Translations under genes and position numbers: made by a program | The notes under the pieces: generated by a model | The model's database searches: none | What the model was told of the DNA's origin: nothing | The model's input: the letters and a program-made list of their open reading frames with translations, nothing else | Assembly: GCF_058153355.1 (NCBI RefSeq) | Contig: NZ_CM177019.1 | Reading direction: 5' to 3' (one strand) | Length of the DNA: 64,000 nucleotides | Shown: one piece after another, positions 46,599 through 59,475 of the stretch | How the letters are laid out: each line of letters opens with the position of its first letter | Position numbering within the stretch: position 1 is the first letter of the stretch

Positions 46599-47599
46599 AC
46601 CGCCTCCCGTTGTTGGCGATACTTCGCCAGCGCCGTGGCGTAATGATTAAAATCAAGCTGATTTACCGCATCCAGCTCCGTCTTAAACGCAGGATCGATA
46701 GCGTTAACGCCATGCAATGCGCCGCAAATCGCCGTCGCCATAGCGCCGATGGTGTCTGTGTCGCCGCCAAGATTGGCGCACAGAATGGCGCAGCGATTCG
46801 GGTCGGTTTGTGCCAGTTCAACCAGCGCAATGGCGCACGGAACGGACTCAATAGTGCTGGTACCTGCGCCAATGACCTGGTAAAGCTGTTCGCTGGCGGA
46901 TTCGGTGCCGTCGGCATTGCGCACAATTTTCAGCGCAATCTCCAGACGTGCTGCCAGTGAGGCGCTGAAGGTAGTGATGCGTTTTTGCTGTGCATGTCGC
47001 GCAATTGAAGGCAGTGAATCAACAATCGCTGACCAGCTTTCTCCGTCAATGGCACGAGAAACCGCCCATGCGATGACTACCGCGCCTGCCACCGCCAGAT
47101 CGGATTTATGAGTCGGGCTGGACGCCAGCGCTACATCATCAATAAAGGAATCAACATCACGCGCCGGAAGCAAACAACCTAATGGCGAGACGCGCATCGC
47201 TGCGCCGTTAGTCACGCCATTGTTTTCCAGTTCAGCAACGGGTTTACCGTCGCGAATGGCGTTAAGCGCAATCTTCGAAGTTGGGCCAAGCACGTTTTTG
47301 TTAAAGGCGTTGAAACGCAGCGCCCAGTCGAGAATATTACGCCCAATCAGATCCGGATCGATCTCGCCTTCACGTTCCAGTAACGCATCCGCCAGACACA
47401 GCGCCATTGAGGTATCGTCGGTGAATTCGGCGCGGTTAAAATAACAGGCCGCGTTATTCTCCTTTGGTCCAGGCAGAAAACGGTCAATCCAGCCAAAGTG
47501 TGCTTTAACGCGGCTGCGTGGCCAAAGCTCGGAGGGCATCCCCATCGCATCCCCTAACGCCTGCCCATAAAGAGCACCGAGAATACGTTCTGTTTTCAT
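46595..47599 (-). CDS. yegU: ADP-ribosylglycohydrolase-family protein
   Basis: 334 aa with the N-terminal motif GALYGQALGDAMGMP. It overlaps yegV by 4 nt. Confidence 0.85.
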   Translation of the reverse strand: MKTERILGALYGQALGDAMGMPSELWPRSRVKAHFGWIDRFLPGPKENNAACYFNRAEFTDDTSMALCLADALLEREGEIDPDLIGRNILDWALRFNAFNKNVLGPTSKIALNAIRDGKPVAELENNGVTNGAAMRVSPLGCLLPARDVDSFIDDVALASSPTHKSDLAVAGAVVIAWAVSRAIDGESWSAIVDSLPSIARHAQQKRITTFSASLAARLEIALKIVRNADGTESASEQLYQVIGAGTSTIESVPCAIALVELAQTDPNRCAILCANLGGDTDTIGAMATAICGALHGVNAIDPAFKTELDAVNQLDFNHYATALAKYRQQREAV

Positions 47600-48873
47600 T
47601 TAACTTCCCCTTGTGTCAACGCAATATCGCGATCATCGACCTTGATAGCCGTAATTTCGTTGTCGGATTCGCGGAAAAAAATCATGAACAGCACGGCGAT
47701 AATGGCAATCATCACCGCGCCGAAAGTCCACATCCCGGACCAGTTGAAAGTCAGTCCGTTTACCGGTTCCGGATAAGCGAACATTTTCTCCATCATCACA
47801 CCGCCAAGACGATAGCCGAGCAAACTGCCGAATCCCTGGCAGCAGAGCGTGATCAGCCCCTGCGCAGCGGTACGCATATGCACGGGGGCTTTTTTATCGA
47901 CATAGATGTAAGCGGTAACGTAGTAAAAATCGTAACTTACTCCATGCAGCAAAATGCCAAGGAACAGTAACGCGTAGGTGAAATATTCATCCGCACTACC
48001 GTAAATAAAGAAGCCATAGCGGATCGCAGCGGTGACCAGACCAAGTAATAATACCTTTTTGATACCAAAGCGTTTGGTAAAAAACGGCAATGCCAGCATA
48101 AAGAAGATTTCAGAGAACTGGCCGAGCGTCATCCAGCCGGTGGCGTTTTTCATGCCGACTTCTGTCAGATAACCGTTGGCAAAGATGTAATAGAACGCCA
48201 GTGGCATCGCAAACAGGAATGAACAGAAGAAAAAGACGAGGAAGTTTTTATCGCGCAGCAGGATCAGCGCATCCAGGCCTAGCATGACTTTAATGTCCAT
48301 TTTGCCGGTGCTTTTTGGCGGCGTGTCGGGCAGGAAAAACGCAAACACACCGAGTAATGCGGAGCTTCCGGCGGTAATTAATAGTGGAATATTGGTCGGT
48401 GAGATATCGTCATATCCCAGCATCTGAGGCAGGAATCCGCAGACCAGGCCAGAGGCAATCCAGCCTATAGTCCCCAGTACGCGAATGCGCGGAAAATCGC
48501 GCTCCACATCCGGGACGTTAGCAAACGCGATGCTGTTAGTCAGCGCAATGGTCGGCATATAGGTCAATGAGTAGGCCAGCAGTAACGGGAAGAACCCGGC
48601 AAAAGTAGTCTGTTGCGCAGCGAAATACATCAGCACCGCACCAGCGAACATCAATACCGCCAGCACTTTCTGCGCCGAGAAAAAGCGGTCAGTGATGGAG
48701 CCAACCAGAATTGGCGACAGGATCGCCGCAATGGCGGTACAGGCATACGACCAGCCAATTTCCCCGGCACTAAAACCGCTTTTACTTAACCACAACCACA
48801 ATGGCACAAACCACGCGCCCCAGATAAACCATTCAACAAACATCATGAACGACAGCTTTGCTGTTGTTTTCAT
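47596..48873 (-). CDS. yegT: MFS nucleoside transporter (NupG/XapB family)
   Basis: 425 aa with 12 predicted TM segments. It overlaps yegU by 4 nt. Confidence 0.88.
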   Translation of the reverse strand: MKTTAKLSFMMFVEWFIWGAWFVPLWLWLSKSGFSAGEIGWSYACTAIAAILSPILVGSITDRFFSAQKVLAVLMFAGAVLMYFAAQQTTFAGFFPLLLAYSLTYMPTIALTNSIAFANVPDVERDFPRIRVLGTIGWIASGLVCGFLPQMLGYDDISPTNIPLLITAGSSALLGVFAFFLPDTPPKSTGKMDIKVMLGLDALILLRDKNFLVFFFCSFLFAMPLAFYYIFANGYLTEVGMKNATGWMTLGQFSEIFFMLALPFFTKRFGIKKVLLLGLVTAAIRYGFFIYGSADEYFTYALLFLGILLHGVSYDFYYVTAYIYVDKKAPVHMRTAAQGLITLCCQGFGSLLGYRLGGVMMEKMFAYPEPVNGLTFNWSGMWTFGAVMIAIIAVLFMIFFRESDNEITAIKVDDRDIALTQGEVK

Positions 48874-49129
48874 CTTTTAATTCCTTCATGACAGGTAATG
48901 TAAGGTACGCGATGACAATACCATTTAATAATACCTTTTAAATACCTTTGCGGTGAAAACTTGACCGCGGTAACATTTTTTCTGATGAATCGAGCCAACA
49001 GAAAACGCTGAAAAAACATCCAAAAGATGGAAAAACTCGCCTGTAACGACCAGGATTATGATTGCCCGCAAAAGGCGGGCCAGGACAATCCATAGCCGAT
49101 ATCCAATCGGAATTTACGGGAGCATAGTA

Positions 49130-50182
49130 ATGACAGATATTGCGCAGTTGCTTGGCAAAGACGCCGACAACCTTTTACAGCACCGTTGTATGACTATTCC
49201 TTCTGACCAGCTTTATCTCCCCGGACATGACTACGTAGACCGCGTGATGATTGACAATAATCGCCCGCCAGCGGTGTTACGTAATATGCAGACGTTGTAC
49301 AACACCGGGCGCCTGGCTGGCACAGGATATCTTTCTATTCTGCCGGTTGACCAGGGCGTTGAGCACTCTGCCGGAGCTTCATTTGCCGCTAACCCGCTCT
49401 ACTTTGACCCGAAAAACATTGTTGAACTGGCGATCGAAGCGGGCTGTAACTGTGTGGCGTCAACCTACGGCGTGCTGGCATCGGTATCGCGGCGTTACGC
49501 GCATCGCATTCCATTCCTCGTCAAACTTAATCACAACGAGACGCTAAGTTACCCGAATACCTACGATCAAACGCTGTATGCCAGCGTGGAGCAGGCGTTC
49601 AACATGGGCGCGGTGGCGGTTGGCGCGACCATCTATTTTGGCTCGGAAGAGTCACGTCGCCAGATTGAAGAAATTTCTGCGGCCTTTGAACGTGCGCACG
49701 AACTGGGCATGGTGACCGTGCTGTGGGCCTATTTGCGTAACTCCGCCTTTAAGAAAGATGGCGTTGATTACCATGTTTCCGCCGACCTGACAGGTCAGGC
49801 GAACCATCTGGCGGCAACCATAGGTGCAGATATCGTCAAACAAAAAATGGCGGAAAATAACGGCGGTTATAAAGCGATTAATTACGGTTATACCGACGAT
49901 CGCGTGTACAGCAAGTTGACCAGCGAAAACCCGATTGATCTGGTGCGTTATCAGTTAGCTAACTGCTATATGGGCCGGGCAGGGTTGATAAACTCCGGCG
50001 GTGCTGCAGGCGGTGAAACTGACCTCAGCGATGCAGTGCGTACTGCGGTCATCAACAAACGCGCTGGCGGAATGGGGCTGATTCTTGGACGTAAGGCGTT
50101 CAAGAAATCGATGGCTGACGGCGTGAAACTGATTAACGCCGTGCAGGACGTTTATCTCGATAGCAAAATTACTATCGCCTGA
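49130..50182 (+). CDS. fbaB: class I fructose-bisphosphate aldolase
   Basis: The ATG at 49130 gives [20 protein letters not shown]…, 350 aa. The track ORF is 5'-extended by 24 codons. Confidence 0.92.
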
Positions 50183-50209
50183 TACGCCTCATACGAACAG
50201 CACTACCCC

Positions 50210-50335
50210 GTAGGGCGGATAAGGCGTTCACACCGCATCCGGCAACCTATGCCTGATGCGACGCTGAAGCGTCTTATCATGCCTACACAGCGCTGCCACG
50301 TATGCCGGATAAGGCGTTTACGTTGCATCTGGCAT
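50210..50335. repeat. BIME: three REP units
   Basis: The three units are gtagggcggataaggcgttcacaccgcatccggcaac, atgcctgatgcgacgctgaagcgtcttatcatgcctac and tatgccggataaggcgtttacgttgcatctggcat. Confidence 0.88.
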
Positions 50336-50356
50336 AAAAACACGCGCACTTCGTTA

Positions 50357-50384
50357 CGGCTTCCCCCGGGAGGCCGTTTTTTTT
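50357..50384 (+). terminator. Rho-independent terminator after fbaB and the BIME
   Basis: cggcttccc…gggaggccg forms a stem followed by T8. Confidence 0.75.
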
Positions 50385-50442
50385 ACCTGTCATTCTGATT
50401 AATTTTCATATTGTCGTTTTTGTGATCGTTATCTCGACATTT

Positions 50443-51366
<924 letters not shown>

Positions 51367-51367
51367 A

Positions 51368-52644
<1,277 letters not shown>

Positions 52645-52653
52645 GGACGGTAT

Positions 52654-53103
52654 ATGACTAACCTGTTTGTTCGTAGCGGAATTTCTTTTGTCGATCGTAG
52701 CGAAGTTTTAACCCATATCGGTAATGAGATGATCGCGAAAGGTGTGGTTCATGAAACCTGGCCACAGGCATTAATTGCCAGAGAAGCAGAATTCCCCACC
52801 GGGATAATGCTTGAACAGCACGCCATTGCAATACCGCATTGTGAGGCGATTCATGCTAAGTCGTCAGCTATTTATCTGTTAAGACCGGCGAATAAAATAA
52901 AGTTTCAGCAAGCTGATGATGATAACGACGTGGCGGTGTCGTTGATTATCGCGCTGATTGTCGAAAATCCGCAGCAGCAACTGAAGCTTTTGCGGTGCTT
53001 ATTTGGCAAGTTGCAGCAACCAGATATCGTTGAAACGCTAATCACCATTTCTGAATCGCAATTAAAGGAATATTTCACACAGCATATTTTAGATTCCGAA
53101 TAA
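52654..53103 (+). CDS. gatA: galactitol PTS EIIA
   Basis: 149 aa of the PTS EIIA-2 family (the active-site His lies in AIAIPHCEA). Confidence 0.9.
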   Translation: MTNLFVRSGISFVDRSEVLTHIGNEMIAKGVVHETWPQALIAREAEFPTGIMLEQHAIAIPHCEAIHAKSSAIYLLRPANKIKFQQADDDNDVAVSLIIALIVENPQQQLKLLRCLFGKLQQPDIVETLITISESQLKEYFTQHILDSE

Positions 53104-53137
53104 CCAAAAACCTCTGTACCAATAAAAAGGATTGATT

Positions 53138-53428
53138 ATGAAACGCAAGATAATTGTCGCTTGCGGAGGCGCGGTTGCGACCTCTACGATGGCGGCGGAA
53201 GAAATTAAAGAGTTGTGCCATAGCCATAATATCCCCGTTGAAGTAATCCAGTGTCGGGTTAATGATAATGAAATAGAAACCTATATGGATGGCGTACATC
53301 TTATTTGTACTACCGCCAGAGTTGACCGCAGTTTTGGCGATATTCCGTTAGTTCACGGCATGCCTTTTGTTTCTGGTGTCGGTATCGAAGCATTACAAAA
53401 TAAAATTCTGACTATCTTACAGGGGTGA
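53138..53428 (+). CDS. gatB: galactitol PTS EIIB
   Basis: [22 protein letters not shown]… has the active-site Cys in VACGG. Confidence 0.9.
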   Translation: MKRKIIVACGGAVATSTMAAEEIKELCHSHNIPVEVIQCRVNDNEIETYMDGVHLICTTARVDRSFGDIPLVHGMPFVSGVGIEALQNKILTILQG

Positions 53429-53431
53429 CCT

Positions 53432-54787
53432 ATGTTTTCAGAAGTCATGCGTTATATTCTCGACCTCGGCCCTACGGTCATGTTGCCGATTGTCATCATT
53501 ATTTTTTCTAAGATATTAGGCATGAAGGCAGGCGATTGCTTTAAAGCGGGTCTGCATATCGGGATTGGCTTTGTTGGTATCGGCCTGGTGATTGGCTTAA
53601 TGCTGGATTCCATTGGCCCGGCGGCGAAAGCAATGGCGGAAAATTTCGACCTGAATCTGCATGTGGTCGATGTCGGCTGGCCGGGCTCTTCACCAATGAC
53701 CTAGGCGTCGCAAATTGCGCTGGTGGCGATTCCGATTGCGATTCTGGTTAACGTGGCGATGCTACTGACCCGTATGACGCGGGTGGTAAATGTTGATATA
53801 TGGAATATCTGGCATATGACCTTCACCGGCGCATTGCTGCATCTGGCAACCGGTTCATGGATGATAGGGATGGCGGGTGTGGTAATTCACGCGGCGTTTG
53901 TTTATAAGCTCGGCGACTGGTTTGCCCGCGATACCCGAAATTTCTTTGAGCTGGAAGGCATTGCTATTCCGCACGGTACGTCGGCGTATCTGGGGCCAAT
54001 TGCGGTGCTGGTCGATGTTATCATCGAGAAAATCCCAGGGGTTAACCGTATTAAATTTAGCGCCGACGATATTCAGCGCAAATTTGGCCCATTTGGCGAA
54101 CCTGTCACCGTGGGCTTTGTGATGGGGCTGATTATCGGCATCCTCGCGGGTTACGATGTCAAAGGTGTATTACAGCTGGCGGTAAAAACGGCGGCAGTTA
54201 TGCTGCTGATGCCACGGGTGATTAAACCCATCATGGATGGTTTAACGCCCATCGCTAAGCAGGCCCGTAGTCGTTTACAGGCGAAGTTCGGCGGTCAGGA
54301 GTTCCTGATTGGCCTTGATCCGGCGTTGCTGCTGGGGCATACGGCGGTGGTATCGGCAAGCCTGATTTTTATCCCGCTCACCATTTTAATTGCTGTTTGT
54401 GTTCCGGGTAATCAGGTACTGCCGTTTGGCGACCTTGCCACCATCGGCTTCTTTGTTGCGATGGCAGTTGCCGTGCATCGTGGAAATCTGTTCCGCACCT
54501 TAATCTCGGGTGTCATCATTATGAGCATCACCCTGTGGATCGCGACGCAAACTATTGGTTTGCACACCCAACTGGCGGCTAATGCTGGGGCGTTAAAAGC
54601 CGGGGGCATGGTGGCTTCAATGGATCAGGGCGGTTCTCCCATTACCTGGTTACTGATTCAGGTTTTCTCCCCGCAAAATATTCCCGGTTTCATTATTATC
54701 GGTGCCATTTATCTTACCGGTATTTTCATGACCTGGCGTAGAGCGCGCGGCTTTATTAAACAAGAGAAAGCCGTTCTCGCAGAATAA
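53432..54787 (+). pseudogene. gatC: galactitol PTS EIIC interrupted by an in-frame TAG (codon 91)
   Basis: The two track ORFs (53432-53704 and 53723-54787) are in the same reading frame. Reading through the TAG at 53702-53704 gives …GWPGSSPMT*ASQIALVAIPIAIL…, a continuous EIIC. The intact protein has Trp (TGG) at this position, as I recall. Confidence 0.85.
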
Positions 54788-55326
54788 TTTTTACCTGAGG
54801 GGGAGTTTATCCCCCTTAATAATCAGGAGTTTTTATGAAATCAGTGGTGAATGATACTGATGGTATCGTACGCGTTGCCCAACGAGTCATTCCTGAAATT
54901 AAACATCAGGATGAGGTGCGGGTAAAAATTGCCAGCTCGGGATTATGTGGTTCCGATTTACCCAGAATTTTTAAAAATGGTGCACATTATTATCCAATAA
55001 CGTTAGGCCATGAATTTAGCGGCTATATTGATGCTGTGGGATCCGGTGTTGATGATTTACATCCTGGCGATGCGGTTGCCTGTGTGCCGTTATTACCCTG
55101 TTTTACTTGTCCAGAGTGTCTGAAAGGGTTTTATTCCCAGTGCGCAAAATATGATTTTATTGGCTCACGGCGTGATGGTGGGTTTGCCGAATATATTGTC
55201 GTTAAGCGGAAAAATGTCTTTGCTCTACCTGCGCATATGCCTATTGAGGATGGGGCTTTTATTGAACCGATTACCGTTGGCCTGCATGCTTTCCATTTAG
55301 CGCAAGGTTGTGAGAATAAAAACGTT

Positions 55327-55339
55327 ATTATTATTGGTG
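55327..55339. repeat. IS4 target-site duplication, left copy (attattattggtg)
   Basis: An identical 13-mer lies at 56766-56778, immediately outside the right IR. Confidence 0.85.
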
Positions 55340-56765
55340 TAATGCCAGTCAGTTAAGCAACTGACTGGCTCTTTTTCGGGGCTGTGGGGTATTTCCAGGG
55401 CCTCTCCTTTACCACTCTCGGGAAGGCCCTTTCCCTTCTTGTCGGTAATTTCACAAGTTGTCCCATACTTGCAAGATCGCGCATCAGCTCCGGTATACGT
55501 CCCGGTGAAGCGCCCTGCAATGTCATCAGCATTCTCATCACCATTCCGCATGATTCTGAGAAACTCAGTTGATTCGGCCAGTAACCTTTCAGATGTTCCG
55601 CCATTTTAATCATCTGATATCTCACCAGATTATAAGCCAGTAAGACACCCCACAGCTCTTGCTCCACAAGCTCCGGCTTTTTACTTCTCAGCGTCAGCCT
55701 GCTCAGTTGCATCGTCTGTTTTATCTCCCTGTATCCCAGTTCGATTTCCCAGCGATGACTGTACAGATCCGCCATTTCTCCTCCGGGGAAGCGCATGGCG
55801 TCCGTCATCGACGTCAGCAGATGGCAGACTTTTCCTTTGCGCGTCACGGTCAGCAGGCGGGCTGTCACTTCATTTCCCAGTCCCGGCCACTTTTTTCGTG
55901 CCTGCGGGCTGGTTTTCAGCTTCACCAGATGATCGCCTTTACCCAGTTTTCTGATCTCTTCATATTGCGCTCCCTTTCTGAGAGGTATCATCCAGTGGCG
56001 GTGTTCTCCCGCCAGGCTCCAGGCATTTAACAGTCCCAGTGAGTAATAACCTTTATCCATTAACGTCAGAGTGTTATCGCCGGTTTGTTCTATAAGTTGC
56101 TCAGCAAGCTCATTTTCGCTGTTCTTCATCGTGCCGAAGGCTGCAGCCGTCAGCAGATGGCTGGTCAGTTCCATCTGGCAGACCATTTTGACCTGCGGGT
56201 AGAGCGCCGGGTTCCCGGCATGTGTCTGGCGGGGGAAGGCTGCATCGTTCTCTGGTGTATCCGGTGTGCGCCAGAACACACCATCGATGGCCAGCAGGGT
56301 CAGGCCGCACCAGTGCGGATGCGGCGTGGCGTTATGCCAGAGCTGCGCTGTTTTCGTGAACACGCGGCGGACAGCCTCACTTCCCAGGCGCTGGCGGGCC
56401 TGAATAACGGCACTGGGGGCAACGAAGGGGCGATTGCCCGGCAGCATGATGTCCAGGCGATTCACAATCTGGTGAAGAGGTTCTTTACGCTCAAGCGCCA
56501 TGCCAACAATACACCAGACCATCATTTCGAGGGGAAGACGGCGCTTGCGTAGCGTTACAGTACCTGATTCGGCAAGGCAACGAGAGATGAGTTCGGGGTC
56601 GAGGTAATCCCCCAGAGAAGTCAGTGGGTTACGCAGAGAATCGTAACGGGATACCAGATCAAGAGCCTGTCCAATGTGCATAAAAAAATCCGGAAACAAG
56701 TGAGCGTTTCCGGATTCTTACACAGCCACTGGATCGGTCAACTGATCCTTAACTGATCGGCATTA
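55340..56765 (-). mobile_element. IS4 insertion sequence, complete (1,426 bp)
   Basis: The terminal inverted repeats are taatgccagtcagttaag (left) and taatgccgatcagttaag (right, reverse complement). They match at 16 of 18 positions. The element is flanked by a 13-bp direct duplication, and its length equals the IS4 length I remember. Confidence 0.93.
55353..56681 (-). CDS. insG: IS4 transposase (DDE, InsG)
   Basis: [35 protein letters not shown]… through …YREIK…, 442 aa from the ATG at 56681. Confidence 0.93.
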   Translation of the reverse strand: MHIGQALDLVSRYDSLRNPLTSLGDYLDPELISRCLAESGTVTLRKRRLPLEMMVWCIVGMALERKEPLHQIVNRLDIMLPGNRPFVAPSAVIQARQRLGSEAVRRVFTKTAQLWHNATPHPHWCGLTLLAIDGVFWRTPDTPENDAAFPRQTHAGNPALYPQVKMVCQMELTSHLLTAAAFGTMKNSENELAEQLIEQTGDNTLTLMDKGYYSLGLLNAWSLAGEHRHWMIPLRKGAQYEEIRKLGKGDHLVKLKTSPQARKKWPGLGNEVTARLLTVTRKGKVCHLLTSMTDAMRFPGGEMADLYSHRWEIELGYREIKQTMQLSRLTLRSKKPELVEQELWGVLLAYNLVRYQMIKMAEHLKGYWPNQLSFSESCGMVMRMLMTLQGASPGRIPELMRDLASMGQLVKLPTRRERAFPRVVKERPWKYPTAPKKSQSVA

Positions 56766-56778
56766 ATTATTATTGGTG
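56766..56778. repeat. IS4 target-site duplication, right copy (attattattggtg)
   Basis: An identical 13-mer lies at 55327-55339. Confidence 0.85.
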
Positions 56779-57419
56779 CCGGAACCATTGGCCTGCTGGC
56801 CATTCAGTGCGCTGTCGCGCTGGGAGCAAAGAGTGTGACGGCTATCGACATTAGCTCAGAAAAACTGGCACTGGCAAAATCTTTCGGTGCGATGCAAACA
56901 TTTAACAGCCTTGAAATGAGCGCGCCGCAAATGCAGCCCGTTTTACGCGAGCTGCGCTTTAATCAGCTTATCCTCGAGACGGCTGGCGTCCCGCAAACCG
57001 TCGAACTGGCGGTAGAGATTGCCGGGCCTCATGCCCAGCTGGCGCTGGTGGGCACGTTGCATCAGGATCTGCATTTAACATCGACAACGTTTGGCAAAAT
57101 ATTACGTAAAGAGCTGACGGTTATCGGCAGTTGGATGAACTACTCCAGCCCTTGGCCGGGGCAGGAGTGGGAAACGGCGAGCCGGTTGCTGACAGAACGT
57201 AAGTTAAGCCTGGAGCCATTAATCGCTCACCGTGGAAGCTTTGAAAGCTTCGCCCAGGCGGTGCGTGACATCGCTCGTAATGCTATGCCGGGCAAAGTGT
57301 TGCTTATTCCCTGAAACCGCGGGCCAGCGTGATGCTGGCCCGGTATTGTGCAAAACAGATCATTCACCAATGGTCCCCCTTCGTTTACACTAGCCACAAT
57401 TGAATATGGGTAAATGACG

Positions 57420-58193
57420 ATGAATTCATTCGAGCGAAGGAATAAGATCATCCAATTAGTGAATGAACAGGGAACCGTGCTTGTTCAGGATCTGGCGGGA
57501 GTATTTGCTGCCTCGGAAGCGACAATCCGTGCCGATTTGCGCTTTCTCGAACAAAAAGGCGTGGTTACGCGCTTTCATGGCGGTGCGGCGAAAATAATGT
57601 CCGGTAATAATGAAACCGAGACCCAGGAAGTCGGGTTTAAAGAGCGATTTCAGCTCGCCAGCGCGCCGAAAAACAGAATAGCGCAGGCGGCAGTCAAAAT
57701 GATCCACGAAGGGATGACCGTTATTCTCGACAGCGGAAGTACGACAATGCTTATCGCCGAAGGTTTAATGACCGCCAAAAATATCACGGTGATTACCAAC
57801 AGTCTCCCGGCGGCGTTTGCCCTTTCCGAAAATAAAGACATTACTCTGGTCGTCTGTGGTGGCACGGTCCGCCATAAAACGCGCTCGATGCATGGCTCCA
57901 TTGCCGAGCGTTCATTGCAGGATATTAATGCCGATTTAATGTTTGTCGGTGCTGATGGTATTGATGCGGTTAATGGTATTACGACCTTTAATGAAGGTTA
58001 TTCGATTAGCGGTGCGATGGTCACAGCCGCTAATAAAGTGATTGCCGTTCTCGATTCATCGAAATTTAACCGTCGCGGTTTTAATCAGGTACTGCCAATC
58101 GAAAAAATTGACATTATTATTACTGATGATGCCGTGTCAGAGGTGGATAAACTGGCATTGCAGAAAACACGGGTGAAATTAATTACGGTGTAG
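57420..58193 (+). CDS. gatR: DeoR-family repressor of the gat operon, apparently intact
   Basis: MNSFERRNKIIQLVNEQGTVLVQDLA… has a DeoR HTH and a sugar-binding domain. An alternative ATG lies at 57414. The reading frame is uninterrupted. Confidence 0.88.
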   Translation: MNSFERRNKIIQLVNEQGTVLVQDLAGVFAASEATIRADLRFLEQKGVVTRFHGGAAKIMSGNNETETQEVGFKERFQLASAPKNRIAQAAVKMIHEGMTVILDSGSTTMLIAEGLMTAKNITVITNSLPAAFALSENKDITLVVCGGTVRHKTRSMHGSIAERSLQDINADLMFVGADGIDAVNGITTFNEGYSISGAMVTAANKVIAVLDSSKFNRRGFNQVLPIEKIDIIITDDAVSEVDKLALQKTRVKLITV

Positions 58194-58204
58194 CATTGTT
58201 CTTT

Positions 58205-58237
58205 ATGCCGGATAAGGTGTGTACACCGAATCCGGCA
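58205..58237. repeat. single REP element
   Basis: atgccggataaggtgtgtacaccgaatccggca. Confidence 0.8.
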
Positions 58238-58274
58238 ACACTGATACTCCCTGAATTAAGAAAGGGAAATTTGA

Positions 58275-59174
58275 TTAACGCAATAATGGACAATCCGGTG
58301 GTAATCGACAGCGCAATGCTGCCGGAAGTATTTCAATATGGAAGTTTTGTCCACTCAACGGTTCGCCATCAAGATTAAAGGTAATTTCGTGTGGCGCTTG
58401 TATATCGAACCACGCCGAAGCACCTTCGATAATATTCGGGTTATCTTCGTCAGATTTTAAGGTTGATACGAGAGCCGGAAGAATTTCATCGCCGGTGAAA
58501 ATGCGTAGTTGCAGCAAGCCGTCGTTAATTAATGCGTTCGGGCACAATTGCTGACCGCCACCTGCCTGACGGCCGTTACCAATACCAATGACTAGTGCGT
58601 CACCTTGCCAGTGAAAGTTTTCACCGCGGATTTCACAACGGTCCGGTTGCAGTGTATCCATGCGCATTAAGCCGTGAATGATGTAAGAGACGCCACCCAG
58701 CGCGGCTTTTAATTTTTCCGGCGTTTCTGTGGTAATACGTGTCCCAAACCCACCCGTTGCCATATTAATAAAACAGGTTTTTTTGTTGACCTGCGCCATA
58801 TCAATCGCAATAGCATCACCAGCAATTGCTAGTTTCAGCGCCTTATCCAGTGCCTCAGGTATACCCACGCTGGTCGCGAAATCGTTCGCTGTACCTAGTG
58901 GCAAAATCCCCAGCGCGGGTATGTCATCGCCCTCACACTGAATCAGCGCCGAGGAAACTTCATTAATAGTGCCATCGCCGCCACCGGCAATTACCGTTGC
59001 GACGCCCAGCTTCCGGGCCTCTTCTACAAATCGGGCGGCATCGCCTTTCTCCCAGGTGACCCGCACATGGATCGTCATTCCTTCCTCGCGCAACAGCATA
59101 ATTGCTTCGCGCAAGGGTTGATTGTCAGTACTTTTGCCGTTAAGAATCAGTAAGCTGGCGGGAAATTCTGCCAT
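58275..59174 (-). CDS. yegS: lipid kinase YegS (DAG-kinase-like fold)
   Basis: 299 aa beginning [15 protein letters not shown]…, with a GGDGT motif ([11 protein letters not shown]). Confidence 0.9.
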   Translation of the reverse strand: MAEFPASLLILNGKSTDNQPLREAIMLLREEGMTIHVRVTWEKGDAARFVEEARKLGVATVIAGGGDGTINEVSSALIQCEGDDIPALGILPLGTANDFATSVGIPEALDKALKLAIAGDAIAIDMAQVNKKTCFINMATGGFGTRITTETPEKLKAALGGVSYIIHGLMRMDTLQPDRCEIRGENFHWQGDALVIGIGNGRQAGGGQQLCPNALINDGLLQLRIFTGDEILPALVSTLKSDEDNPNIIEGASAWFDIQAPHEITFNLDGEPLSGQNFHIEILPAALRCRLPPDCPLLR

Positions 59175-59259
59175 AATCGTATGCCTTTATGATTGGTCTG
59201 TAGATAGTGTAGAGCAGAAAAGAAAAGGCGGAGTCAGAACAGGATGAAAATCGGAGGAT

Positions 59260-59475
59260 AAAAAATCAGTTCAAGGATGGGGAATTCAGTGGTTACCAGT
59301 AAGGGGGGCAACGGTACACTCGGTTTTTATCGGCATAAATGATCACTGAAAGCACTTAAGCATTATTTTACTGTGGATTCAGCGTGGCAGCGAACATTAA
59401 CGGTAGTCAGGGACAAACTTCAAAAGAGCATATGCATCATATTCAACAAAGCAATGGCATCCTCAATGTACGATT
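59260..59475 (-). mobile_element. degenerate P2-family attachment core, P'-arm and integrase 3'-end remnant
   Basis: aaaaaatcagttcaaggatggggaatt (59260-59286) matches the P2 core at 60323-60349 in 18 of 27 positions by manual count. The next ~110 bp align to the arm between the P2 core and int. The minus strand then encodes …YIEDAIALLNMMHMLF*, compared with the P2 Int C-terminus …EYLQDAISLNPL…. Confidence 0.6.

Larger units (their letters stand above)
54835..57314 (+). pseudogene. gatD: galactitol-1-phosphate 5-dehydrogenase disrupted by IS4
   Basis: The N-terminal part ends …CENKNVIIIG at 55339. The C-terminal part resumes IIIGAGTIGLLAIQCAV… at 56766 in the same frame once the IS and one copy of the duplication are removed. 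The break falls within the Rossmann GxGxxG motif. Confidence 0.93.

Noticed and set aside
53432-54787. gatC as two separate genes or as a frameshift pseudogene
   Set aside because: Both pieces are in the same frame, and the 18 nt between them translate into sensible EIIC sequence (ASQIAL). The only lesion is the TAG codon.
54835-55356. 173-aa 'complete' ORF for the gatD N-terminal part, ending …IIIGVMPVS*
   Set aside because: The last five codons are read from the IS4 left inverted repeat. It is a truncated fusion tail, not a native C-terminus.
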